Notes: generated from the sequence alone by a model not told the origin. Positions 29,231-46,449 are shown, counted from the stretch's first letter. The stretch: DNA of 64,000 nucleotides from the human T2T-CHM13v2.0 reference genome, Homo sapiens (GCF_009914755.1 NC_060930.1); one strand, 5' to 3'. Numbers and translations: made by a program.

Positions 29231-31726
29231 CCAAGGTCTAAAGAGTTGGTGGCAAGGGATGGTATATTCAGGATAGAGCCAGTTCTAATTAAGGTGAGGA
29301 GTTGGAAGGAGTCTTCAGAGAAACAGGTGACTTATGGGAAGATTGCTGCAAGTATTCTTGCTCAGCACAGCTATAAACATACTGCCAGCCCCATCAACAG
29401 CAACAGCAACAGAGACCAGACGCAGAGTTCCAATTTCCTTTCTCTCTATTTAATCTTTTTGAAGTTTCTTATTCAATTTAAGAAATGCAAGTTACTACCT
29501 GCTATTACAAATACATCATCATCCTCTTAGAGCTTAAGGGGACCTTAAAAGTCATATAACTCCTTGAAACAACTTATATTCAAAGTCATAGTATCAAAGT
29601 ACAAATTTCTACACAATCACAGTAAACAGAATCAAATAATTTTCTTCATGTGTCACTTGCAACAAAAACCTCATCTTTTGTAATGAGAGAGAGCAGGGAC
29701 ACAAACCTGGGAGGCAGGAAAGTCAGCTTCTTGTCTCCAAACTGTTGCTTTTTAGATGTGTGGCCTTTAGCAATACATTTAATCCAGAGACATCAGGGTT
29801 CAAACACGGAGCTGAATTAGATCACTTCATATATTCTATCCAGCTAAAAATTCTTAGGACTCTGTGAATGGAATGGCTACATAGAACCTTTCTGCTTTGG
29901 GGAAAAGTGGCATAACAGAGAGTTTCAGCTTAATGTATTTTCAAATGCCAAATTGGATTTGAAAAATTGATTTTACTTGTTCCCTCAAATATTTCAAGTC
30001 ATATCTTTAAGAACAAAGCATTGTGATTCAGGTCCATTGCATGGACAAATTAGCTGTGGTTCTTGGTAGTTAAAAGTGGCAGAAAGACAGAAACAACCAT
30101 TTGATAACATTATGTAATTTTACAATAAGGTAATTCTCCAGCCCAACCACCTTAATAATGTGCACTTTTGTTAATATATTTAATATATTGAGAAAAGTCA
30201 TTTACAATCACTGTATACAGACTCATATGAAAAAAAGACATTTTCATTCCCATAAGAAATATTTCATGTGAAATCACATTTTTATGGCCTCATATTTTCT
30301 GATCAGACTTCCATCTTCATCAATATCTTATTTCTCAGTTAAAATTCTGGTTTCCCCTAATTATTATTCTGAGAAATTCTCCCTCAGAATATTCCCTAAT
30401 CCCAGAAGGTCTCTATGTTCCTTCTACAACTGAATGATATGTCTTACCTCAACATTATTTAATATGTTCCTAAAATAAAAGGGAGTAGAACTTGGATATT
30501 TTTATTCATATTTCCCCTGCGGTTAAGAGCTCCCCTTTCTCCCGATAAATAAAAATATAAATATTGTTTTAACTCTACTTGCAATCTCATATAGTTCCAC
30601 TTTGTAAGCTGTTTTCTAAAATATGAATTGAAGTAATAGGAAAACTAAACAAGGCTAGCCAGCTTAGTGTTTTCTATATTTAGTTGTTATGTTTTTCCTT
30701 CAGTACAAAATTCCACATAAGGTAAAGAAAAGACAATAAATACCAGAAAGATTATGGAGTAGCCAAAATGTGCCGGAAGCCAACATGAATATGAGGAAAT
30801 TCATTAACAGATCCTTCTAAATGTGTGTATAATGATTAAATGTACAGATAAAATGATATTTTTATGGGATTTGCTTTGAAATAATCAGAGTAGAGGCTGG
30901 AAGTGGGGATAAGGAGTGGAGAGTGGAATTAGATTAAAACAAGGCAGTCATGGGATGATAGTTGCTTGTTCAAGCTGAGTAACAGGTACCTGAGTTTGTT
31001 ATATAATCCTCTTTGCTTTTGTATGTTTACATTTTGAAAAATAACCTTTTATTAAATGCTTACTTTATTTTAAAAATTTAAATTAGACATTTTTTGTCCT
31101 GGAATGTCTTCTAAAAAACTGGGTAAATTGCTCATTCATTGGATATAAATGTTTAATATATTTTTTCATACATTAACTTCTTTCATCAAATAATGTTTTA
31201 ATCTTAAGATGTCATAGTGGCCTTGTGAAATGTTTTCTTGAGACATAATCCATTAACTGTCAATCTACCATTATTTGTTCTTGACTTAATTTCCAAAGAA
31301 CCATACAAACAGGCTTTGGCTTCCATTGCTTTCATTAGCCCAAGACACATAATTAGCCAAAATAAATAGAAGAGGGTACAATTATTCAGTCTCTATTCAA
31401 TTGGTGATTGATAAATACTGCTCTAAAATCTATTTTATTGATTGCTTGGTTGATTAACTGGTGAAGACTTCATGAAAATGATCAAAATCAATTTCCTACA
31501 CCAGGACCCACCTTAAGGGGCTTTATTTACCCAATCTAAACCTATCAAATAGTCTTTCTATTTATCTTATTTCATTCCGACAAACATATTTTGAGCATCT
31601 GTGGTATGAAAGCCACAGTTTTAACCTAGGAATTAAAAATCATTCAGACCCAATTGTTACTCTCAAGGAGGTGGATAGAAAAGCACATGGGAAATTATAA
31701 GGCAAGGCAGAATAGCTACAATGGTT

Positions 31727-32190
31727 TGGTTAGCAGAATAATGGTTTCCCAAAGATGTCCACATCCTAATCTCTGGAACCTGCGAATATGTTGCCTTACA
31801 TGGCAAAAGAGACTCTAAAGATGTGTCTAAATTAAGGATCTTGAAATGAGATTACCCTGGATTATCCAAGTGGGCCCAATGGAATCAAAAAGATCATTTT
31901 AAGGAGGCACAATGTCTGAGTTAGAAAGAAATTTGAAGATGCTATGCTGCTGGCATTGAAGATGGAAGAAGACACCACAAGCCAAGGAATGCAGGCATTC
32001 TCTAGAAGCTGAAAAGGCAAGGAAATGGATTCCTCTGGAGCCTCCAGACATGAATACATTTCTACCAATACCTTGGTCTTAGCCCATATGACCTATTTCA
32101 GACTCTGACCTACAGAAGATGATAAATTTCTGTTCTTTTAAGCCACTAAGTTTGTGATAGTTTTTTAGAGCAGGAACAAGAAACATAAAG
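31727..32190 (+). mobile_element. MLT1D solo LTR
   Basis: gcagaataatggtttcccaaagatgtccacatcctaatctctggaacctgcgaatatg...ttaagccactaagtttgtg. Confidence 0.85.
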
Positions 32191-32292
32191 ATAGGAACAA
32201 GATTACTTCTAACTACAGACATCAGAAACAGTTTTCTCGAAGGGAAGAACTGGAAATATGACAGAGATTACCACTTCACCCTTTAGATATGT

Positions 32293-32341
32293 ACTGTCCA
32301 ACACAATAGCCACTAACCACATGTGGCTATTTTAATTTTAA
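32293..32341. mobile_element. MER3-type element, left part
   Basis: ctgtccaacacaatagccactaaccacatgtggcta; the rest lies at about 39405-39536. Confidence 0.65.
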
Positions 32342-32587
32342 CTTTTTTCTTTTTTTTTTCCATTATACTTTAAGTTTTAGGGTACATGTGCACAACGTGC
32401 AGGTTGGTTACATATGTATACATGTGCCATGCTGGTGTGCTGCACCCAGTAACTCGTCATTTAACATTAGGTATATCTCCAAATGCTATTTCTCCCCCCT
32501 CCCCCAATCCCACAACAGGCCCCGGTGTGTGATGTTCCCCTTCCTGTGTCCCATGCTCCCCTTCCTGCATCCATGTGTTCTCATTGT

Positions 32588-36417
<3,830 letters not shown>

Positions 36418-36480
36418 TATGATGTTAGCTGGTTATTTTGCTCATTAGTTGATGCAGTTTCTTCCTAGCCTCGATGGTCT

Positions 36481-37497
36481 TTACAATTTGGCATGTTTTT
36501 GCAGTGGCTGGTACTGGTTGTTCCTTCCCATGTTTAGTGCTTCCTTCAGGAGCTCTTTTAGTGCAGGCCTGGTGGTGACAAAATCTCTCAGCATTTGCTT
36601 GTCTGTAAAGTATTTTATTTCTCCTTCACTTATGAAGCTTAGTTTGGCTGGATATGAAATTCTGGGTTGAAAATTCTTTTCTTTAAGAATGTTGAATATT
36701 GGCCCCCACTCTCTTCTGGCTTGTAGAGTTTCTGCCGAGAGATCTGCTGTTAGTCTGATGGGCTTCCTTTTGTGGGTAACCCAACCTTTCTCTCTGGCTG
36801 CCCTTAACATTTTTTCCTTCATTTCAACTTTGGTGAATCTGACAATTATGTGTCTTGGAGTTGCTCTTCTCGAGGAGTATCTTTGTGGCGTTCTCTGTAT
36901 TTCCTGAATCTGAATGTTGGCCTGCCTTGCTAGATTGGGGAAGTTCTCCTGGATAATATCCTGCAGAGTGTTTTCCAATTTGGTTCCATTCTCCCCGTCA
37001 CTTTCAGGTACACCGATCAGACGTAGATTTGGTCTTTTCACATAGTCCCATATTTCTTGGAGGCTTTATTCATTTCTTCTTATTCTTTTTTCTCTAAACT
37101 TCTCTTCTTGCTTCATTTCATTCATTTCATCTTCCGTCACTGATACCCTTTCTTCCAGTTGATTGAATTGGCTACTGAGACTTGTGCATTCATCGTGTAG
37201 TTCTCGTGCCTTGGTTTTCAGCTCCATCAGGTCTTTTAAGGACTTTTCTGCATTGATTATTCTAGTTAGCCATTTATCTAATTTTTTTTCAAGGTTTTTA
37301 ACTTCTTTGCCATGGGTTTGAACTTCCTCCTTTAGCTCAGAGTAGTTTGATCATCTGAAGCCTTCTTCTCTCAACTCGTCAAAGTCATTCTCCATCCAGC
37401 TTTGTTCCGTTGCTGGTGAGGAGCTGCATTCCTTTAGAGGAGGAGAGGTGCTCTGATTTTTAGAGTTTCCAGTTTTTCTGCTCTGTTTTTTCCCCAT
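36481..37497 (-). pseudogene. L1 ORF1 with a premature stop
   Basis: ATG at 37497, canonical 1017-nt span, in-frame TAA at 37066-37068; C-terminal 186 aa open (KRPNLRLIGVPE..YPAKLS). Confidence 0.93.
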
Positions 37498-38072
37498 CTT
37501 TGTGGTTTTATCTACCTTTTGTCTTTGATGATGGTGACGTACAGATGGGGTTTTGTTGTGGATGTCCTTTCTGTTTGTTAGTTTTCCTTCTAACAGTCAG
37601 GACCCTTAGCTGCAGGTCTGTTGGAGTTTGCTGGAGGTCCACTCCACACCCTGTTTGCCTGGGTATCAGCAGCAGAGGCTGCAGAACAGCAGATATTGGT
37701 GAACAGCAAATGTTGCTTCCTTATCGTTCCTCTGGAAGTTTTGTCTCAGAGAAGTACCCGGCCGTGTGAGGTGTCAGTCTGCCCCTACTGGGGGATGCCT
37801 CCCAGTTAGGCAACTTGGGGGTCAGGGACCCACTTGAGGAGGCAGTCTGTCCGTTCTCAGATCTCCAGCTACATGCTGGGAGAACCACTACTCTCTTCAA
37901 AGCTGTAAGACAGGGACATTTAAGTCTGCAGAGGATTCTGCTGCCTTTTGTTTGGCAATGTCCTGCCCCCAGAGGTGGAGTCTACAGAGGAAGGCAGGCC
38001 TCCTTAAGCTGCAGTGGGCTCCACCCAGTTCCAGCTTCCCAGCTGCTTTGTTTACCTACTCAAGCCTCAGCA

Positions 38073-38567
38073 ATGGTGGGCACCCCTCCCCCAGCCTCGC
38101 TGCCGCCTTGCAGTTTGATCTCAGACTGCTGTGCTAGCAGTCAGCAAGGCTCTGTGGGCGTAGGACCCTCCAAGCCAGGCACGGGATATAATCTCCTGGT
38201 GTGCCATTTGCTAAGACCATTGGAAAAGCACAGTATTAGGGTGGGAGTGACCCGATTTTCCAGGTGCCGTCTGTCACCCCTGTCTTTGACTAGGAAAGGG
38301 AATTCCCTGACCCCTTGCTCTTCCTGGGTGAGGCAATGCCTCGCCCTGCTTGGGCTCATGCTCAGTGCACTGCACCCACGGTCCTGCACCCGCTTTCCGA
38401 CACTCCCCAGTGAGATGAACCCGGTACCTCAGTTGGAAATGCAGAAATCACCCGTCTTCTGCATCACTCACCCTGGGAGCTGTAGACTGGAGCTGTTCCT
38501 ATTCGGCCATCTTGGCTCCACCGCCTCTTTAATTTTAATTTTAATTAAAAATAAATATTCACAATAG
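38073..38567 (+). CDS. L1 antisense ORF0-like frame, extended to 164 codons; translation not demonstrated
   Basis: MVGTPPPASLPPCSLISDCCAS.. matches the ORF0 N-terminus; good Kozak context gcaATGg; frame stays open past the L1 5' end. Confidence 0.45.
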   Translation: MVGTPPPASLPPCSLISDCCASSQQGSVGVGPSKPGTGYNLLVCHLLRPLEKHSIRVGVTRFSRCRLSPLSLTRKGNSLTPCSSWVRQCLALLGLMLSALHPRSCTRFPTLPSEMNPVPQLEMQKSPVFCITHPGSCRLELFLFGHLGSTASLILILIKNKYSQ

Positions 38568-39400
38568 CCAAGATGTGCAAACAACCTAAGGGTCCATCAA
38601 CAGATGAATGGATAAAGAAATCTGGCTACATAAATACAATGAGATGCTGTTAATCCTTTAAAAAGAAGGAAATTCTGCAATATGCAACAATATGCATGCT
38701 ATGGTGTGAATGACCCCCAACACTCAAGTGCTGAAACTAAATCCTTATTGCGGTGGTATCAAGAGGTGAGGCCTTTTGGCGAGTGATTAAGTCATGAAGG
38801 CTCTGCCTTATAAAAGGGCTGGTAACAGCCCATAAAGAATCCCTTATGGTTTTATGGGACTAGTGCCTTATAAAAAGGCTGGTAAGAACTAGCTTACCAA
38901 CTTCCATCTTCTTCCATCTTCTGCCATGTGAGGATGCAACAAGGAGGCCCCCATCAGACATTGAACACTATTGCCTTGATCTTGGACTTCCCAGCCCCCA
39001 GGACTGTGAGAAATCAATTTCTATCATTTATAAATGACTCAGCCTGTGATATTTTTGTTAAAGTAGCCCAAAAGGACTAAGACAATAAATTAACCTTGAG
39101 TACATTATACTAGGTGATGTAAGCCAGTCACCAAAAGACAAACATGGCATGATTCTATTAATACGAGGTATATAAAATAGTCAAATTCATAGAATCAGAG
39201 TGGAATAGTGGTTTCCAGGAACTGGGGAAATGGGAAATGCAAAGTTGCTACTCAAAGGACGTGAAGTTTCAGTCAAGCAAGATGAATAAGCTCTAGATAT
39301 CTACCATAAAACATTGTACCTATAGTTAAGAATAATATATTGTACATCAAAATTTTTGTAGAGGATAGATCTCGTTAAGTGTTCTTACTACAAAAAAAAT
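38556..39400 (+). mobile_element. L1MA9/L1MB-type 3' fragment split by an MST LTR
   Basis: tattcacaatagccaagatg...tccatcaacagatgaatggataaaga; ends ttaagtgttcttactacaaaaaaa. Confidence 0.8.
38697..39084 (+). mobile_element. MSTC/MSTD-type solo LTR
   Basis: tgctatggtgtgaatg...gatcttggacttcccagcc...ggactaagaca. Confidence 0.8.
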
Positions 39401-39404
39401 AAGA

Positions 39405-39536
39405 TTTAAAGCTCAATTTCTCAGTTGTACTAGCTACATATCAAGTGCTCAGTAGCCTCATGTGGCTAGTGGATACTCAGTTGGACAGGGTAAATATAAA
39501 ACATTTCCACCATTACAGCAAATTCCACTGGGCAGT
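39405..39536. mobile_element. MER3-type element, right part
   Basis: tcagttgtactagctacatatcaagtgctcagtagcctcatgtggctagtgg...ttggacag. Confidence 0.7.
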
Positions 39537-39695
39537 AGGTCCATAAGAGTGGCACTAATTTTTATCCTTCCCTTTGGATGTGATAAGCTTTAGATTTACT
39601 ATCATAGTCAGGATGGAGGGCAGAAAGATAGAGAAGATTCAGAGACTTCCATTTGACCTTCGGCTGTTTGTTAATCACGCTCAGTCCTCAATTAT

Positions 39696-40390
<695 letters not shown>

Positions 40391-40956
40391 TCCTATCATA
40401 ATGGTCTTTAGAACATATAAGCCTATAAATGCATGCATTTTTGTCTACTTTGTTCATTAGACATCCCTAGAACCTAGAATATTGCCTAACATATATTATA
40501 GTAAGCACTCAATTATTACTTCTTCAATGAAAGGACAGATCGATGCAGGGATGGATGGATGCACTGATTAATTATAACAATAGATAAGGGTAAAACAAGG
40601 TCATTAATAGGGAGACTGTAGTCATAATTCAGTGGTGAATTTTTCCAAGACAAAAGGCTGTATTTTATTCTTCTTTGTACCCAGGCTTTAAAAGTCCAAG
40701 ATTGATAAATGAGTGAAAGGGTAAAGTCAAGTATCAAAATCCAGGATCAGTTAGTTGGAGGATAAACTAGGCACAGCAAGAGCTAGGGAAGAAGACACCA
40801 AACATCTGTAATCAGAAACGCAAAAAGAAATGGAAGACGTAAGACAGAAAATTGAGCTAATGAGACTTGATTCCTGCAGATACAGCCTGGCTACTTTGGA
40901 CTACTTTGGAAGACCTGGGTGCCTATCTTTTTGCTGCCACTAGAGGAAGTTTTAAA

Positions 40957-41130
40957 GCTGGGGGTCTCAACACCAGCCGCACATTGGAATCTACTAGGGA
41001 GTTTTTAAAAACACTAATGCCAAACTCCTCAGCCAAATCAGTTGAGTTGGAATCTCTAGGAGAAGAGTTTGAGTATCAGTATTTTTAGCACTCCCCAGAT
41101 GATGCTAATATCCAAGATTGAGAACCACTG
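40957..41130. mobile_element. MER5B
   Basis: gcacattggaatctactagggagtttttaaaa...ttgagaaccactg. Confidence 0.72.
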
Positions 41131-42379
41131 TCTTAAAGGCATACTGATGCCTGAAAAGTGGGGAGGTCTACAAAGTAAAAATAAATTCACCACTCCTGAT
41201 GTTGTATACCATAGTATTTAATAGGACTATTACTGACTCATAATTTCATTTAAATGATGTATTCTGATATTAAATCTCTTTTTATTTTTATAAAAATTAC
41301 TTAGAGGCCACTTACAAATACATGATTGCAGCCCAAATAACTTGTCTGACTAGTTAAGTAAGTCTTGCTCAAAAGCTTTACCATCCAATGCTAAGGAATA
41401 TATACAGACCAAATGAAGAAATACATATTAATATATGTATGTATTTGATATGAATATCCATATTGTTATATAATATTTAGAACATATTATATAAACATAT
41501 ATTACATTAATAGATACATTGATAGATTTTTTTTCCTTCTACCAGAAATCTATTTGACTATTTGACCCATAAGCATACTTGAGTTGACATGTAAACCATG
41601 GATTTTAGTCCCTGGCACAGATGTAGCAAATTAACAGATACTTAGCTCACAAAAGCCAGGAATAATATACGGCTATTAGGTTTTAAAAGATATAACAAGT
41701 ATTTAGCAGTGCAATGCCAATGTATTTTAAAAGCACCATTTCCATAAACAGAAAACTTTCAAAACTCTTAATATTAGCCCATCAAATGCTAGTTCTACAG
41801 AATACAATGACCCTTTTCCTGGCCAAAATGAATACACAAAGATGGTGAGTAAATAGCATAAACCAGAGATTACAATTCTTGGATTAGTGTGTAGAAACTA
41901 GTTCCAGGATATGAGTTGCTACATCAGAGCATTTGTTTGAAAACATGTGTTCCTAGTATAATGAGGGAGTGGTCCAGATCAGAGCCCCTTGGCAGAGAGT
42001 CACTCGGGCTTAGGCAGTACCGCCCTAATTATTGTAATGTGTGCTCCAGTTCCTTTTCAGATAAGCAGTGAAAAGGAGGAAGAACATTGAGAAGAAAGCT
42101 AGTGGAACCCTTTATAATTATATTTTTATGAGGGGGTTGCACCGTGACAAAGTAACTTTTCTTTAAATGGACCTGTAGTACCACTCCAGATTTTTATAAC
42201 AGGCAAACAGGGTTTTACTTTTGAAGAGAACTGCTACTTAAGGTGCTTATAGTTGTGTGTGTAAATATATGGTGTGTGTGTACATGTATTTCTGTAAAAA
42301 TAAATAGTTACCCACAAGATGTTGAAACTGAAGGCTTTAACTTTAAATACTTGCCCTGGAAACACTTCTTGGGACTCAT

Positions 42380-43630
42380 TAGGCCCTGGGCTGAGCCTTG
42401 ACATGGTCACTCCCTTTGAGGAATGACTGAGGAAGGCAGATATACATGAAACTACAGAATGATCCTTGCAATGGCAGAGGGATGTTCAAGACTCTATGTT
42501 AGCACAAAGGGGAAACACTTATCCTAATGCAATATTGGGAAGGCTTTCTGGAGTGGGGGATGCCTCAACTGAGTCTTGAAAAAATGACAGCGAGGATGAG
42601 GACTGAAGATTTGCGGTAGTAAGTCATAAACAGAAGAAAAGAGCATAATGAACTGACAACAGAATTGTGTGAGCAGGGAACTATAAAACTATTCAGCGAA
42701 TCTGGAATATGACATGCTGAAAAGGTGACTGGTGATGAGGCTGGAAGGAAAGGCAGTGACTAGAGTATAAGGACCATATGCGCCTTGTTTTGAAGACAGC
42801 TCTGTCATTTGCAACCAGTCACATCTGATCTTAAGATTGTTTGATCTAGCTGTACTATAAAAGATTTAAGTGGGTCAACAATGGAAGCCGATTGTTGACT
42901 TAGAAGGTTAATGCAAACAAGCAAGGAAGAAGGTGTCAACTAGAGAAACAGCAGCAGGGAAGGAGAGGAGGGATGCAGTTTGTGATTACTTAGGTGATAA
43001 CACAGAATTTGATGATTGATTGGCCATGGGAGAAGGGGTAAAAGAATTGAGACTGACTCCCAGCTTTCAGGCACATGTGACTGGGAACATGTTGGTATTT
43101 CTGAGTCAGGGAATGATGAGGTTTGAGTAGGAACATTCAGTAAATGAAAACTGTAAGTTCAGATACTTAAGTTGTTTGGTTTGAGATATCTCTCAGATGG
43201 TCAGATAAAAATATCCAGCAGGTACTTAGATACTTAGCTCACAATAGCCAGGAATAATATACAGCTATCAGTTTGGATACATGAATTGAAGGCTAGAAGA
43301 GATTTTAGGACAGGAATGAAAGAAAAAAGCTATTTTGGAAGGCCGAAAAATATGAATGGTAGTGAAAAAGAAAAACATTATAAGACACAAGGTTGCCAAA
43401 AGAGAAAGCATTTAGAATGAGAACAATGGACTGATACCATCTGGCGCACCTCAGTACCACTGAGACCACTGAGGTACATACAGAGGAAATGGTGCCCTTG
43501 AGGGGAAAAGGAGGGAAGGATTGGAAAGGAAGCAAGAGAGCCAGTAGAAATTGATGTCTTTTACAAGGAGGGTATAGTCCACAGTAGCAAAAGTTTCAGA
43601 GATGTCAGTAAGGAAGTTGAATCCATAGCC
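42380..43630 (-). mobile_element. L2 fragment
   Basis: Degraded antisense L2 motifs (gactgactcccagctttcaggc, atatccagcagg). Confidence 0.6.
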
Positions 43631-43999
43631 TTCCGCACTAGGAAGACTGGCCGCATAGCACATATCTTTAATTGTTGTGACTACTTATCCATGCTTGGCA
43701 AATCCCCCTGGTTTCTCGGGATCATTCAAGGTGGGGCAGGGGAGGAGGATGCAGTTTAGAGATAGCTAGTAAGGAATTAAAATGGCCAAAGTACAGGGCA
43801 AGTGGAGTGATCTAGGGTATCTGGAGATTCTAGTAGGGGAGCACAATTCCTCATATATACACTGCACAAAACAGTCCTCCCTTATTTGTGAGGGTTACCC
43901 AAAAAAAGATAGGGATGGAGCAGTCAGAGAACAGACTAGTTGTTCTCTAGTGAGAACAGCTCACTAGTCTCTAGACTAGTGAACACATTACCTAGCTGT

Positions 44000-44370
44000 A
44001 ACCTATCTCAGCTTGGGCTGTCATAACAACATATCATAGGATGCATGCCAAAACAGTAGAAATTTATTTTCTCATGGTTCTGGAAGCTGTAAGTGCAAGA
44101 TCAGGGTGCCAGCATGGTTGGGTTCTGGTAAGAGCCCTTCTTCTGGATCACAGACAGTTCTTTCTCACTGCCTTCACAAATCAGAGAGAGATCTCTCTAT
44201 TGTCTCCCTTTCCCTTCTTATAAGGCCGCAGTGTTATCAGATTAGGACTCCACCCTTATGACCTCCCTTAATCTTATTAACTTTTTATAGGCCCTGTCTC
44301 CAAATACAGTTACATTGGAGGTTTGAGTTCAACATACAACCATTAGGAAAACACAATTCAGTCCATAGCA
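44000..44370 (-). mobile_element. MLT1A-type LTR
   Basis: tttattttctcatggttctggaagctg...ccaaatacagttacattgg...cacaattcagtccatagca. Confidence 0.82.
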
Positions 44371-44452
44371 TAGCCATTTGGATCCTTGAGTTCAACATAC
44401 AACCATTAGGAAAACACAATTCAGTCCATAGCATAGCCATTTAGATCCTTGA
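44323..44452 (+). repeat. 63-bp tandem duplication
   Basis: 44323-44385 and 44386-44448 differ at 1 base; ttga microhomology. Confidence 0.95.
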
Positions 44453-44641
44453 TAGAAAGGGAACAGATGCCCCAGCCAAATCAGCCTAGTGACCTATTAT
44501 TTGAGTAAGAGAAAGCACATGAGGTCAGAAACATGAAAGACTCCTGTAGTTCCTCTTCACTTGCGTCTGCTCCATTCAGTCTGTTTTCTGCTCTTTCTGC
44601 TTTGCCAAGAAATAATACTCTGAAATCAATAAAGAAGGTAT

Positions 44642-44932
<291 letters not shown>

Positions 44933-45525
44933 GAAGGTATCCTTTTAAATTGTATTATTTTCCCAACAAAGAAAGGGTATATATCTTCTCCTTCCTTCAA
45001 ACAAAAGAGAGATTCATTTTCCTGTTGGAGATGTCACACTTTTTTTCTTGATAACAGCCTGGACCTTGAGCCCTCTTCCCATTGAGTAAGTCTAATTGTA
45101 AGATATGGGTTGTATAAAAGAAAGATTCCTAGAATCAGGAAACCCAGATTCTAGGCTCAGTTCTAATGTAAATTGTCTGCAACACCTCGGCCAAGATATT
45201 TAAATCTTGGAGCTTTTTTCCTCAACTTCAAAGTGATTGGGTTGAATTCAGTGATCTTAAACTTTATTCCATTCCTAACATTATATAATTTTAACAACAT
45301 GAAAAGCTTCTAAAGTTCAAAACACTCAGTTTTCATAGCTCCAACTTTGGATTTCCTATCAGAGTTTTATGTACCATTTGTGATTTTCCCACGAGAAGAA
45401 ATAGAAACATATTGTGATATTATGGTTCTTAGTGCATTCTCTAAATGGAACAAAAACACAGTTTCCCTTGTAATTTTGAATTAGCGGAGAAAGTTGCAGT
45501 GCAGTAACTGTAAACCCAAGCAAAA

Positions 45526-45539
45526 CCACTAGAGGGCAG
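45526..45539 (+). promoter_or_regulatory. Candidate CTCF site
   Basis: CCACTAGAGGGCAG matches the CTCF core; lies in non-repeat sequence. Confidence 0.6.
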
Positions 45540-46449
45540 GACAGCAACACAGATTCTTTGGTTCCTTGGGATTTGAGCACCTGTAGACAAGAATCTCTGG
45601 AACCTCTGAGCACAAGCAGTATTATGGGGTGTTACCGCAAACGCAGACTACATAACTTTACAAAAATCAATGCAACCGATAATTATTTAAAGCCAGTGTA
45701 ATAAATGCTATAAACATTTTGACAGTCTAGAAACAAGGTAAATACATGAATGTAAACTCAAATAACTAATTGACTTTCTCTTTTCATCCAGATGTCTGAT
45801 TGTAAAACACAAGACAGCTATATTCTGTTTCCTTTGAAGGAATATCTCCTCATGGAGAGGCCCTGAGCGGGGTGACTGTGTTCTCCACCTGTGAGAGCTT
45901 CCTTGCCCCTCGGGCCTACATGCCTGCCTTTTGATTGATCCCACGGGGCAGATGAACACATAGGCTGACCAGTCACCTATGAGGCAGCTTGAAGAGTTCT
46001 CTACAAACACGGCCAAGGATGACAGCTACACCGATAAGATTATCTCATTATTAAAGTTAAATTTAGAAGTATGGAGAGAATTAGTCATTTAATTGCAGGA
46101 AGAAATACGTAAAAAGAAGAGAAAGAGTGATGATCTCTTATTCCTTCTGAAGGACCAACAGAAAGGCCCATCTTTAGATCCGGGTTGAATCTTGAATCTC
46201 CCATTTCCAAACTACAGTTTCTATTCTTCCCTAGAGGCTGTTCTTAGCTTCCTTTGAGACTTTTCTCTCCTTCTCTTCCGCCATCCCTCCCTCTCCTTCC
46301 CTCTTCCTTCCTCCTCTCCCTCTTCCTCCTCATCTCCCGCTCCTCCCTCTACCCCTCCTCTACCTGTTTTTGCACATAGATCTTTGCAATTGCCTGAGTT
46401 AGGTCAATCAAGTTCTTCTCTATTCCCCATGAAAAGGAACTTAAAAAGC

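Noticed and set aside
40933-40950. Second CTCF-like motif gccactagaggaag
   Set aside because: Lacks the GGC end of the core.
44323-44452. CRISPR-like or other prokaryotic repeat system
   Set aside because: A simple two-copy tandem duplication with no spacers; the window is primate DNA with no prokaryotic genes.
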